From Euryarchaeota archaeon UBA462 (GTDB taxonomy: Archaea; Thermoplasmatota; Poseidoniia; Poseidoniales; Thalassarchaeaceae), in assembly GCA_002506755.1 (NCBI GenBank), contig DAYD01000018.1, positions 37,118 through 101,117 on the forward strand: a stretch of DNA of 64,000 bases, written 5' to 3'. The position numbers were made by a program, and so were the translations under genes. The notes beneath the pieces are model-generated. The model saw nothing but the letters and a program-made list of their open reading frames with translations. It searched no databases and had not been told where the DNA came from. This document shows, piece by piece, positions 26,725 to 36,651 of the stretch (positions within the stretch are counted from its first letter, which is position 1; the number at the start of each line of letters is the position of its first letter).

Positions 26725-29700
26725 TCAATTACCTCCGCTTCCCCTGCTTCCGGCACCACCCAAGATTTTCTTGAGCCTGATAGCCCTGAGCTCAATTTCA
26801 GCTAACTGACTGTAAAGAGTGTCGTATGATCTATCCAGGAAGCTTAGCATCATGTGCACTACAACCGGAGATATGAGGATGAAGCCGATCAAGGACACCA
26901 AAGAGGATGCTCCTAGATCTATAGCGAGCGAGGGAGAAATCAAGACGAATGGTAAGAAAGCGAACGGGGCACATGAAATAATCGCCCGAAGTTCCTTTCT
27001 AGTATTGGCCTGCTCCTTGTCGTGATCCTCAATTAATGCTCTTGTGCCTATCTTTGACTTCTTCCTGTCGTCGTGAATTGCTTGGAGTTCTCCAGAAGAT
27101 AGCCAAGCCACTAGTCCCGCGAAGACTATTGAAGCAACTGCGCAAATTATAGTTAGAACTGTCGAGATCGAAGACAAGGATAGCGTTCCGAACGACATTG
27201 CTGCTATGTAGGCTGAAGCATGAAGCTTGTCTTGGTCATCCTCCATGCCTTGTCTCAATAGGGAAAGAGATAGTAGGAAAATCACAGCGAAGGCAACCAG
27301 GGCCGAGGACAGGGGGATTCCTGCGAATTCAATCCCTGGTGCAGCCCATGAGTCAATCTCAAGGGAGGTTGTCACTTGGTCGTTATCAGGATTATTGCCT
27401 AATGGTACCTCGCTATTGGAGTAGTCTAAAATTGCCTTGCAGTCTAAATCAACTGACGAGCTATACCAAGGAATTGGGTTCAGAGTAATTGGCCACGAAG
27501 CCGTGAAACTACCATTCCAGGTCAAGGGGTCTATTTCGCGACTGGTGTATGTTTGTGATATGTCGGCGTAAGGAGTGTTTTCACAGTCGATAGAAATCAT
27601 AACTCCTGTGGGCATTATGGCGTTTCCATGATTTTCGACACGGACATCCACAGTGGTAACATCTCCCTCGATTCCATCTCCAGCAAATGTAATACTCGTT
27701 ATGGTCGGATCGGAGGACTCTGTCATCCTTAGCTTCAGAACAAAGTCAGTCCAAAATGCAGATGTCTCGCTCTCTCCGGGGTTCCTGAGCTGTAGGAAGA
27801 CGTCCCAGCCGTCTCCGGGTGCAAGATACTGTTTGTCTGGTAGGAAAACCTCGATCCTTATACTTCCTCCGTGTCCTGTTATATCTCCTCCGTCATATGG
27901 TGTGGAGGGATCTAGATCCCACTGGGAAGCACAATTAGTTTGGGTAGGACCGGAGACGGAAGGACCTGCTCCTTGGGAGTCTAAGATTTCGCACATGCCA
28001 TCATCAATAAGGATCCCCCAGTGTGTATTGGGCCAGAATTGAGAGCTGACCATCCTGTCAGGAAGATCGGGTTTGGTGGTCAACCTGCTGCGGTCACCAT
28101 CGAGCCCGAGTGTGAATGTTTTCTCTGAGGAGTCTATAGCAGCAAGGCGGGGGATATTGACCCAAGGGATGTCTATCTGGCGACAGTTAGGAGAAGTGTT
28201 GTTGGTGCATTGGTACCTATTTGGATCTTGGTCGGGCCCGGTATTATCTGCGCTGAGTTCAATCAGGTCATCGGTCTGAACTCTGACAACAAAAATCTCG
28301 GTTATTACTGTCCGAGGAGGGAGGTCGACATCGACATCTGGAGCATCAGGAGTACTCTTTGGTGTGAACGTCAGCATGAACATAGCAGTCTCGTCGGCGT
28401 GATGATCGACTGCGACTGCGGAGAATGTGAATGACATGGAAACACTTGTGGGGTACCTCTCACCACTATCTCCGCATCCTGTACAACCTAAAGTAGGGGA
28501 TGTATCAACGAGATCGGCTAGGACTTGGAACCTGCCCCCATCTTCGTCGTCTTGAGTCTCCCAATCTATATCCACATCCATTGCAGCGTTTCCGTCGTTC
28601 TCAATCTCGAAATGAACGGTTCTATCGTGTCCTGGAACAATGGAAATCTTCTCGGGAGCCATGAGTTCCTTCAGCTTAAAAACCGGTAAAATCTCCAGTT
28701 GGAGCGGGTGCATGCCTGCAGTTACTCCCATTCTCTGACTCATAGGTACTGAAACCTGCACTCCGTCGATGAGAGTAGTTGACGGCCAAGTTGGCAATGG
28801 GTCTGTGATATTGATGGCTCTTATCGTGAGAGTGTGTATTTTGCCTGCTTCAAGAGTCACATTGTCCTCTCTGAGGTCGGGCAGTGTAATGTACAACTCC
28901 ACCTGTTGTTCGTTATTTGGGTCAGGATGGGGCTCTAATGAGAAGTTAGAAACGTTGGAAATATAGGACCAATTCTGAAGTCCTTCGAACTCAACAGTCA
29001 CGTTGAGTACCTCCATTAGGTTGCCCATGTTTCTCAGAGTTAGAGGTACCGTGACTGTAGTACCAGGAGCCGCCATTAACATCTGTGGACCAAGTATCTG
29101 GACAGCATGACGTGGGGCTACTTGTACCAAGATTCCGCTTCTGTCGTTCTCAATGAAGCATTGACATTCATCATCGAAGCTTGAAACGGAGACTTCGAAG
29201 AGGCTATCTATGTCAGCCCTTGCTGTGGAAGCGACTGTACCATATATCCTTACTATTGCTTGACCGCCAGGGGCTACGGTCTGAGTTTTGTTCGTTTGAA
29301 CGGTTCCGTCGTCTGCGAATGAAACCTGAACATTATCGGCATCTAGGTTGAAAATAGATAGCTCGTAGGTCCGGTTTGAGTTTCCTGTGTTATTGAGTTG
29401 TAGCATTATAGTGGTCTGGGCAACGCCGCTAGCGCCTATGGCCTCGCTTGATATCACAGCGGTAGTGTTTGAAGGAAACAACTCAGCTGAAACAAGCTCT
29501 GTTAGCTGATAACGAACCGGAGAAAAGGCGAGCAATTCATTTGTTTCAGTGGAGTTAACATACACCCATACCTCATGAAGAATGTCAGCGCTAGCCGTTG
29601 ATGGGGCAGTAGCAGTAACGGTTATTTCAAAGGAATTACCAGTGGGGTTGATATCTGGTGTTTGAGGATATAGATTAGTTCTAGATGGTAGGAGGTTCAC

Positions 29701-31920
29701 TGCCTTGCTGCTTAGTGAGATTGACCAACCAGGAATCTCAATGAAGTTTACTGTGAAATTCGCAACGTCATTCCCTGTATTGTTTACTCTTATGGTGGAC
29801 GAAATGGGGGTTGATGGGTCTCCTGTTGCAACCTCTGGGGTGCTTATTTCTGCAGAGTGCATCTCTTCAATTACGATAGACGCAGAAGCAGTCGCGTTCA
29901 TTGCAATCGTGTTTGGGAACGAGGCCCAATCAGAAGATGCCATGAAGGCATAGGTGAAAGTACCGGCAGAGGGGTATGGGAAGTCATAATTTGAGTTGAA
30001 CCTCATCCCAATCTTTCCATATCCTACCTCTCCTGGCTCTAGCTCCATTGTTTCATGGGAGAGAGAAACATTCCATCTTGTATGCTCGGATATACTAGCT
30101 CCACTTGCAGGTGTATCCCCGACAAATGACTTGCCCGAACTGTCCCCGGTTGGGGTTAGTGTGACTTGCGCTAGTGTACTGTTTGTACCTAGATTATGCA
30201 CTATTCTTACCTCAAAATCAACAAACCTGTCAGTATTTTCACTCAAAATGTCCTCAGTAGAAATTACATTCGCGCCTGAAGTGATTTTTACATCCAATTC
30301 AACTACGCTGTCGATGACAAGGGTTGTCTGGTTAGTAGCCGGTACACCCCCCTCAAGAGGTATGGCCTGAACAATAATGTCCACGGTCTCGATAGATGAT
30401 ACCTTCAAGGAGGGATCTAATGGCATCTCAAGGCCGGGGGTTGTGATTGTCACTGGAATGGTTCTAGTGGTGTCGGGCATCACAATATCCGTGATACTGA
30501 TTGGGGTGTGTATTGTCCAGTGAGGGACCGCCTCAAGTGCCCCCACGTATATCTGAAATTGTGCTGGCGCAGTCCCGGTATTCTTCAATGTGTAGTCAAG
30601 AGTCCTCGAGTCGCCAGGAGTGAGGTTAGCAAAGTTCTCCATAGAGGCGCCTGATGTTGGGTGAACATACGAGTGGTTCTGGAAGATCTCTGCCTGATAA
30701 GTACCTCCTGCCATCACCATGGAGCTAGCAGAGAGTACGTAACCGGCTGCCTCGCTTTGAATTTCTATTGTCACCGTCACGGTTTCACCATTACTCGCGT
30801 CGGAGGGAACGTTAACTGGAACTTGGATGGCCTCAGTATTTCCTTGATTGACAACAAGTAAACCATCGGAACACGTAGAGCAGTATATCTGTGAAGGAGA
30901 TGTCGCCCAGTAGTCCCCCGGTGCTGAGTCATTGGACTGGGTCACTGTGAATGAATCTGATGCTCCTGAGTTTTGAAGAATGAAGTTTAGGATTGTCATT
31001 GATCCGGGATCCACACTCCTGCTATTGGCAGGAATCAAAGATGCCCGCAATGCGATGAAGCTAACTACTCTGGATGGGATGTCGACTGTCGAGGTTCCGG
31101 TACCAGACACTAGAAGAGAGCCTCCGAGAGTGTAGTTACCTTCCAAATTTGACCCATCAAAGCTCACGGTGACGTCTTGTGGCGTAGGAGGGTTTGCTAG
31201 GCTTCCTGGTTGAAGAGTCTCCGTTGTGGATGAGAGGGAGACAGATGGCCCTCCCAAAACTGGAGTTAACGTGAGTTGTGCGGTGACGTCGACCGGCTCA
31301 TTTCCAGTATTCACGACGGTGATGTTGCCTTGCCACATAGCTCTAGCCATTGAGCTGCCAGCTGAAGGTAGACTATCTGTGATATCTGACGCGTCTTCGA
31401 GGGAGACGACCTCAATATTGCTCAATGAGAGCTGGTCATTGGTTGAGTCTGAGTCCCCGGGGGAGTTATCTGCTTCCCAAGAAGCTGTCATCTGAATACC
31501 CGAAGCTGCCGCCAAAGTGGCATCCCAGTATAGCAAATGAACCTCCTGTTGTCCGGGGTTTAGATCAATAGTGCGGTTATCCACTATAACTCCATTTATT
31601 TTCAATGTGAGGTTTCCATAAGCTGTAGATCCTCCGAGGTTGGTGATGGTGATCCTGATAATGTGTTCCATTGGTGAAAGAGTAGGATTCCCACTGGGAC
31701 CTATTACCGAGGGAGTTGTCACATTTAGGTCCGTGACTGCAACGTCTGGGTCGGTCGACTTACCCGAGGTCATGCTCGGCGCTTCTTCAACAGAAGTTGA
31801 CGGAGCCGCAATAAGTAGCGGAGCGATAAACAACATAGTCATCAGAATCGCGGCCTTGCTGGCCGTTACTGACGACTTGGGAGTATGATAACGCCCATTT
31901 GAAACTGCATGAGTTCCCAT
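26725..31920 (-). CDS. giant (1731 aa) surface protein with many CARDB/NEW3-like beta-sandwich repeats and a polytopic C-terminal membrane anchor
   Basis: N-terminal signal/anchor (AAILMTMLFIAPLLIAAP). At least nine x-N-x-G-N/S/D strand motifs (ITNLGGS, VVNTGNE, LQNSGAS, LKNTGTA, VNNTGND, LNNTGNS, LRNMGNL, IENDGNA, VENHGNA). Four to five C-terminal TM helices and a Gly/Arg tail. Confidence 0.8.
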   Translation of the reverse strand: MGTHAVSNGRYHTPKSSVTASKAAILMTMLFIAPLLIAAPSTSVEEAPSMTSGKSTDPDVAVTDLNVTTPSVIGPSGNPTLSPMEHIIRITITNLGGSTAYGNLTLKINGVIVDNRTIDLNPGQQEVHLLYWDATLAAASGIQMTASWEADNSPGDSDSTNDQLSLSNIEVVSLEDASDITDSLPSAGSSMARAMWQGNITVVNTGNEPVDVTAQLTLTPVLGGPSVSLSSTTETLQPGSLANPPTPQDVTVSFDGSNLEGNYTLGGSLLVSGTGTSTVDIPSRVVSFIALRASLIPANSRSVDPGSMTILNFILQNSGASDSFTVTQSNDSAPGDYWATSPSQIYCSTCSDGLLVVNQGNTEAIQVPVNVPSDASNGETVTVTIEIQSEAAGYVLSASSMVMAGGTYQAEIFQNHSYVHPTSGASMENFANLTPGDSRTLDYTLKNTGTAPAQFQIYVGALEAVPHWTIHTPISITDIVMPDTTRTIPVTITTPGLEMPLDPSLKVSSIETVDIIVQAIPLEGGVPATNQTTLVIDSVVELDVKITSGANVISTEDILSENTDRFVDFEVRIVHNLGTNSTLAQVTLTPTGDSSGKSFVGDTPASGASISEHTRWNVSLSHETMELEPGEVGYGKIGMRFNSNYDFPYPSAGTFTYAFMASSDWASFPNTIAMNATASASIVIEEMHSAEISTPEVATGDPSTPISSTIRVNNTGNDVANFTVNFIEIPGWSISLSSKAVNLLPSRTNLYPQTPDINPTGNSFEITVTATAPSTASADILHEVWVYVNSTETNELLAFSPVRYQLTELVSAELFPSNTTAVISSEAIGASGVAQTTIMLQLNNTGNSNRTYELSIFNLDADNVQVSFADDGTVQTNKTQTVAPGGQAIVRIYGTVASTARADIDSLFEVSVSSFDDECQCFIENDRSGILVQVAPRHAVQILGPQMLMAAPGTTVTVPLTLRNMGNLMEVLNVTVEFEGLQNWSYISNVSNFSLEPHPDPNNEQQVELYITLPDLREDNVTLEAGKIHTLTIRAINITDPLPTWPSTTLIDGVQVSVPMSQRMGVTAGMHPLQLEILPVFKLKELMAPEKISIVPGHDRTVHFEIENDGNAAMDVDIDWETQDDEDGGRFQVLADLVDTSPTLGCTGCGDSGERYPTSVSMSFTFSAVAVDHHADETAMFMLTFTPKSTPDAPDVDVDLPPRTVITEIFVVRVQTDDLIELSADNTGPDQDPNRYQCTNNTSPNCRQIDIPWVNIPRLAAIDSSEKTFTLGLDGDRSRLTTKPDLPDRMVSSQFWPNTHWGILIDDGMCEILDSQGAGPSVSGPTQTNCASQWDLDPSTPYDGGDITGHGGSIRIEVFLPDKQYLAPGDGWDVFLQLRNPGESETSAFWTDFVLKLRMTESSDPTITSITFAGDGIEGDVTTVDVRVENHGNAIMPTGVMISIDCENTPYADISQTYTSREIDPLTWNGSFTASWPITLNPIPWYSSSVDLDCKAILDYSNSEVPLGNNPDNDQVTTSLEIDSWAAPGIEFAGIPLSSALVAFAVIFLLSLSLLRQGMEDDQDKLHASAYIAAMSFGTLSLSSISTVLTIICAVASIVFAGLVAWLSSGELQAIHDDRKKSKIGTRALIEDHDKEQANTRKELRAIISCAPFAFLPFVLISPSLAIDLGASSLVSLIGFILISPVVVHMMLSFLDRSYDTLYSQLAEIELRAIRLKKILGGAGSRGSGGN

Positions 31921-31999
31921 TGCTTCCGCTCCCCTCCTCGTAGAGGAGACTAACCATCATTATGAAACAACCGGCCATGGAATGTAATCACAACTTCCC

Positions 32000-33226
32000 A
32001 TGAATGGGTTTGACCGATGTAATGAAAAGTCACTGCTCTCGTTGAGTCACGTGGCGGACGCTGTATCCATCATTGTGATCTTGATTGTTCTGTTCGCAAT
32101 CCTCAGTGGATTGTTCAGAATTCTTCGGTCTGGATCCCGGAGAACCATTCTACCTTCGACCAGAAGAAATCTGCCTGATCAGATATCAGGAATTGGAATT
32201 ATTGGAAGTAGAAGGGGGAGGGGTAGGGATCGATCGGGAACTCCAACCGTCTCTGGATCTATGGGTACTGGTTCGCGTGCCATAGGCCCTGGAGTGCAAG
32301 AAGCTGAAATTTCTACGAAGGAAGCGTCAGCGCTGGAAAAGAGGCTTGACAGAGAGGGTGCAAAAAGAGGTGCTGTTCAGATTACTCTAATGTGGGACAA
32401 CTGGAATGACCTCGATCTACACGTGATCACCCCCTCTGGAGAACACGTTTACCACGATAATAGGAATTCCAGTTGCGGGGGAGAGCTTGATGTGGATATG
32501 AACTTCAAGCCTACCTCAAAAACACCGGTTGAAAATATCGTTTGGACAGGTACCCCGCCCCCAGGTGTTTACAGAGTCGGAGTGAGGCACTACAAGATTC
32601 ACACCAAGGGTATCTTTTCATGGATTCCTTTTGTTTCAAGGATTCATAGGAAGAATTCAACTGATTTCAAGGTCAGTGTTTCAATTGGAGAAAGCAAGCG
32701 ATTCTACGAAGGTGCGATTCTGAAGGGTAATGATCTTCAGTTTGTTGCTAAGTTTGCCATAGCTGGACCTGACGGAGAAGTTCCTGAGGAAGCGGAGGGG
32801 GAGTCAGAAGAGGTCAAGGAAGATTTCGGCGAAGCAAGAGAGGTGGAAACCTTGCGTAGAAGGGTGGGCACTGTACAAGATGGAGTTTCAGTGGAGCTGA
32901 GCTGGGAAGGATCTGGGGACTTGGGGCTCTCTGTTGTCGACTCTGATGGAGAAGAGGTCTCGTTCTTCAATCCAAGGGGGCTTGGAAATGGTAATTTTGA
33001 CTTGGAAGGCTTCGATCCTAAGTCCGGGAGAAGGTCGATCTCCTGGGATTCTAACCCTCCACGGGGAGATTATTCGGTTAGAGTTCGGAATTTTGACATA
33101 GAACCTACAGGTGAAAGTGATGTAGAATTCAATGTTACAGTAAACAATAGAGGGGATTCACAGATTTATAACGGGAGTGCGCCATTAGATGGTGCTATCG
33201 TGGAAGTAGCCAAATTCAACATTTAA
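32000..33226 (+). CDS. membrane-anchored protein with two DUF2135(YfaP)-like beta-sandwich domains
   Basis: One TM helix followed by an Arg/Gly-rich stretch. Then two copies of the pattern L.W....DLDLHV..P.GE..Y......GG.LD.D...P.E......PG.Y.V.V..Y ([24 protein letters not shown]... and [24 protein letters not shown]...). Confidence 0.6.
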   Translation: MNGFDRCNEKSLLSLSHVADAVSIIVILIVLFAILSGLFRILRSGSRRTILPSTRRNLPDQISGIGIIGSRRGRGRDRSGTPTVSGSMGTGSRAIGPGVQEAEISTKEASALEKRLDREGAKRGAVQITLMWDNWNDLDLHVITPSGEHVYHDNRNSSCGGELDVDMNFKPTSKTPVENIVWTGTPPPGVYRVGVRHYKIHTKGIFSWIPFVSRIHRKNSTDFKVSVSIGESKRFYEGAILKGNDLQFVAKFAIAGPDGEVPEEAEGESEEVKEDFGEAREVETLRRRVGTVQDGVSVELSWEGSGDLGLSVVDSDGEEVSFFNPRGLGNGNFDLEGFDPKSGRRSISWDSNPPRGDYSVRVRNFDIEPTGESDVEFNVTVNNRGDSQIYNGSAPLDGAIVEVAKFNI

Positions 33227-33990
33227 TTCGTCCATAGACCTTGGAGAATAAAGGACTTCTCCATCCATCTGAGTTTCTCGATTTTTGTTTGTTCAGATGT
33301 ATGCCCTGACCATCTTCCAACCTTGTTGGAATTAGTCCCTAAAATCATTATTTTTCTGTTTCCAACACCTAATGCCGTCAGAAAGCATGATGCCCTATCA
33401 CCGTCTGTGAAACCGCCAGGGTTGTGCATTCCGATGATTTCTTTTGAGGTTTGATGAGTCAAAATAAGATCAGGGGGTGTGGCCTGAGACTCAGCTAGCT
33501 CTATGAGAGCTTTCCAATCATCCCGATTATCACCGTGGGCATGAAGAACTACGGGTATTCCTCTTCGGACTGCCTGTAGTGTGCCTTCCCCCCCATCGGC
33601 ATCGCTCACGATACATGCCATCCTAGACCAAGCCATTTCCGAAAGATGGTTTGGTAATTCGGATATAACGCCAGAAGCTCCGTCAGCAGCTACCATGATT
33701 GTTGACTTGTTGAGATTCGCGATAACTTCCTCAGGCTCAATCGCAGCTCCAAGCACAGCGATTCTGGGGCGTTCAGTTACCAATGTTCTATGTAGCGTGT
33801 CCAAGGAAGCAGATCTGTTTTGATTATTCCATTTTTCAAGTCCAGACTTTTCAACTCTATGCAATAGTTCCTCCGCACTAGAAATGTCTTCGGATTCTTT
33901 CCAGCCAAAGTAAGCCCTCACTTGATCCTGAATCTCAAGTAGCCGATTTGAGGATGGAATCAAAACGATTGGGTTTCTTTGTGACTTCAT
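33223..33990 (-). CDS. mptE: 6-hydroxymethyl-7,8-dihydropterin pyrophosphokinase, archaeal MptE-like (DUF115)
   Basis: [17 protein letters not shown] and VLHAHGDN motifs. I chose the start at ATG 33990 (MKSQRNP). The longest ORF extends to 34038. Confidence 0.6.
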   Translation of the reverse strand: MKSQRNPIVLIPSSNRLLEIQDQVRAYFGWKESEDISSAEELLHRVEKSGLEKWNNQNRSASLDTLHRTLVTERPRIAVLGAAIEPEEVIANLNKSTIMVAADGASGVISELPNHLSEMAWSRMACIVSDADGGEGTLQAVRRGIPVVLHAHGDNRDDWKALIELAESQATPPDLILTHQTSKEIIGMHNPGGFTDGDRASCFLTALGVGNRKIMILGTNSNKVGRWSGHTSEQTKIEKLRWMEKSFILQGLWTN

Positions 33991-34046
33991 GCTCCAGTGG
34001 AAGGGCTCGGTGAGTGTTGAAGAACCCTCTTGGTACACTACATCTC

Positions 34047-35198
34047 ATGCCAATGCCAATGACTAGTCCAGAAATTGGGGATGAGGGACTATTGGCACGC
34101 TATCCTTTCCTTCCTCAAGGAAGACTTTTCATAAAAAAAATGCTAGAAGAAAATAGAATTTCTGTTGAGGATCTAATCGAAGCCCCCTGGCTGGAGGATG
34201 TCAGAGTGAAAGGAAGGCTGAGACTAGTTGACTCAGTTATGCAAGAGGAAGGAGCTTTTTCTATATCCGATATTGATATTTCCACCGAAGTAGGAAGGAT
34301 GACGGAAGCTCTGTCCTTTCTTCACGCGATGTTAGTAGTCTGCGCTTCATTTGATGAAAGGCTGTTATCCAGATGGATCGAAGGGGAGGCCAGTAGAGCA
34401 GATCGTTTGATGGGGATGGATTCTGAAAACTTCAGCGTAATTTCTTCCACATATCTTTCAGGAATTTCTGTGGAAAGGAATGGCGACGGCGCAGAGGATT
34501 ATTGGGTCCCTATGGTTGATTTCATTGAGCTTTGTCCTAGGATTTCTGGTGATTACTGGAGGCTTGTTAACCGTCCAACAAGGGATGGTTGGGTTTGTTT
34601 GGATGCAGGTGCGGGCGAGTCGGGAAGAGAGAGAGCCTCGAGGCTAATCAAGGAGAGAATACGGGAGAGTCTGCGAGAAGCTTGTGATATACGAATGGAA
34701 AAGATAGATGATGAGTTTGCTGCTAAATTTGCTGACCCCGTTGAGAGAATTGTCAGCCTTTTGTCTGAAAGGGTGAAGGAAGAGATGCCTATGACTGCAG
34801 CAATAAGAGAAGATTGGCCACCTTGCTTTGAGTCGGCGGTATCTGAGCTTAACCAAGGTGTCAATGTTAACCATGTCGGAAGAGTATTCCTTGCGGCTTT
34901 CTCAAAGGCCGTAGGATTAAGCCAAGAGCAGACTTGTAGTTTCTTTGCGAACGCTCCCGATTATGATTCAAGCACTACATCATATCAGGTTAATCAGATT
35001 TTTGAGAGAGAATACACCCCTCATGGATGTGCTGCTCTCAAAACCAATGCTAGGTGCCCTGTGGGTTTGGGAGATGACTCGCTTTGTGATCAAGAGTGGC
35101 TGACTCATCCTCTAAAATACATAAGGGCTAAACAGAGAAGAAGATACGTGTCTTCACAAAATGATGATTCATCAGAAGAGAATGCTGGAAATGACTGA
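34047..35198 (+). CDS. priL: DNA primase large subunit PriL
   Basis: C-terminal Fe-S domain pattern WPPCFE...C(x)...YTPHGCAALKTNARCP. The start is one of the ATGs at 34047/34053/34059. Confidence 0.75.
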   Translation: MPMPMTSPEIGDEGLLARYPFLPQGRLFIKKMLEENRISVEDLIEAPWLEDVRVKGRLRLVDSVMQEEGAFSISDIDISTEVGRMTEALSFLHAMLVVCASFDERLLSRWIEGEASRADRLMGMDSENFSVISSTYLSGISVERNGDGAEDYWVPMVDFIELCPRISGDYWRLVNRPTRDGWVCLDAGAGESGRERASRLIKERIRESLREACDIRMEKIDDEFAAKFADPVERIVSLLSERVKEEMPMTAAIREDWPPCFESAVSELNQGVNVNHVGRVFLAAFSKAVGLSQEQTCSFFANAPDYDSSTTSYQVNQIFEREYTPHGCAALKTNARCPVGLGDDSLCDQEWLTHPLKYIRAKQRRRYVSSQNDDSSEENAGND

Positions 35199-35287
35199 CA
35201 CACCAAATTAGGGTTATTTGGGATAACCTAAACGGCCAATTACTCATAAGTGGGGGCCCCCTAAGACACCACAAAAGGAGGGATAGG

Positions 35288-36409
35288 ATGGTACGGACCC
35301 TTGTTCTAACGATAGACAGGGATAATGATCTTGGAGTGAAGGCGGGGATCAGGGGGCCTGTTATTGGGCGCAAGTCATCCCTGACGGCTGCCTTGAGGCT
35401 AGGGATAGCTGACCCGGAAGAGTCCGATACAAACGCGGTTCTAGGTGCCTTGCATCATCACGATAGGTTAGCCGAGGGTGCAGGAGCTGGGGATGAAGTC
35501 CAGATTGCCATTTTAACTGGTGATGTAAGGGTCGGACCAAGGAGCGATAGAACAATTGCCAGCCAACTAGACGAGGTCATTCAAGAGTTTCAGCCAGATA
35601 CCGCATTGCTGGTGACTGATGGAGCTGATGATGAGGCCTGCTTACCGATCATCACATCGAGGGTCAGAGTGGAAACAGTCGAGAAGGTTATTGTCAGACA
35701 ATCTAAGGGAATAGAAGGTACCTATTACTACATCATCAAAGCTGTTGAGGACCCTAGGTTTAGAGCTAGGCTACTAGTTCCTTTGGCTGTTTTTCTAATT
35801 ATCATGGGATTAGGACTAATCCTACCAGGGGGAATTGCTCTGATTGGATCCCTGCCCCTCATCATTGGTTTATGGGTATTGGGCAAGGGGCTAGGCCTAG
35901 AGGCACAAATGGAAAGAGTAGCCATGGAAATGAGAGACAGTGCTACTGGTGGGCTTTTCTCCTCTCTTCTTTGGGGTATGTCTATCGTTTGCTTATTCCT
36001 AGCAATAGCCACTGGCTGGGAGGGTATGAATGACCCGGTGCCCGAAGACAAAGGAAGAGCATGGCAATTAATGTCATTGGTTGATAATGTTCTCCAATGG
36101 ATTATCGGATCAGTATTGTCCTTCCTTCTCGCACTTGGAGTGCTTAGGTGGAAAGAAGGATCCTTCACCGGTAGGAGTGTCCTTTTGGTTGGATTGAGTG
36201 TGGTAATTTACTCATTCATAGCTGCAGCTACTGGAGTTGCCATGCTAATTGCGGAGGGTCAGGAGTATAGCCCTACTTTCGATCAACTAGGGGATGATTG
36301 GAGCCTACCTCTGATATCGCTTGTGATGTATTATCTTCTCAGAACCGTGGTACAGTCATTCTCTGAAGAAGATGAAGCCTCCTATGGAAATAGATTCTGG
36401 GGTGTGTAA
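35288..36409 (+). CDS. DUF373-family membrane protein
   Basis: N-terminal soluble domain VLTIDRDNDLGVKAGIRGPVIGR followed by about six TM helices. Confidence 0.6.
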   Translation: MVRTLVLTIDRDNDLGVKAGIRGPVIGRKSSLTAALRLGIADPEESDTNAVLGALHHHDRLAEGAGAGDEVQIAILTGDVRVGPRSDRTIASQLDEVIQEFQPDTALLVTDGADDEACLPIITSRVRVETVEKVIVRQSKGIEGTYYYIIKAVEDPRFRARLLVPLAVFLIIMGLGLILPGGIALIGSLPLIIGLWVLGKGLGLEAQMERVAMEMRDSATGGLFSSLLWGMSIVCLFLAIATGWEGMNDPVPEDKGRAWQLMSLVDNVLQWIIGSVLSFLLALGVLRWKEGSFTGRSVLLVGLSVVIYSFIAAATGVAMLIAEGQEYSPTFDQLGDDWSLPLISLVMYYLLRTVVQSFSEEDEASYGNRFWGV

Positions 36410-36648
36410 TGGGAAATACTCGAGTCTCAATAGTTTGGAGTGGTGTAAGAAGTAGAGCAGAGTCTCTGCTCGCGGCCATTTCTCCAGACGACCCAGAGGA
36501 TTTTGATGTAGAGTTGGCGGGAAATGGTGAATTTGTAGAGCTAAGAATTTCTGTCCACACAAACGGACTAGGAAGGTCGAGAGCGACGGTAGATGACATC
36601 CTTGCATGCCTTTCTGCTGCTGAATCCGGTCTTGATTCAATCAAATGA
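36409..36648 (+). CDS. small protein, possibly KEOPS subunit Pcc1
   Basis: 79 aa. VELRISVHTNGLGRSRATVDDILACLSAAES resembles the Pcc1 strand-helix pattern. The start overlaps the upstream stop. Confidence 0.4.
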   Translation: MGNTRVSIVWSGVRSRAESLLAAISPDDPEDFDVELAGNGEFVELRISVHTNGLGRSRATVDDILACLSAAESGLDSIK

Positions 36649-36651
36649 TTC

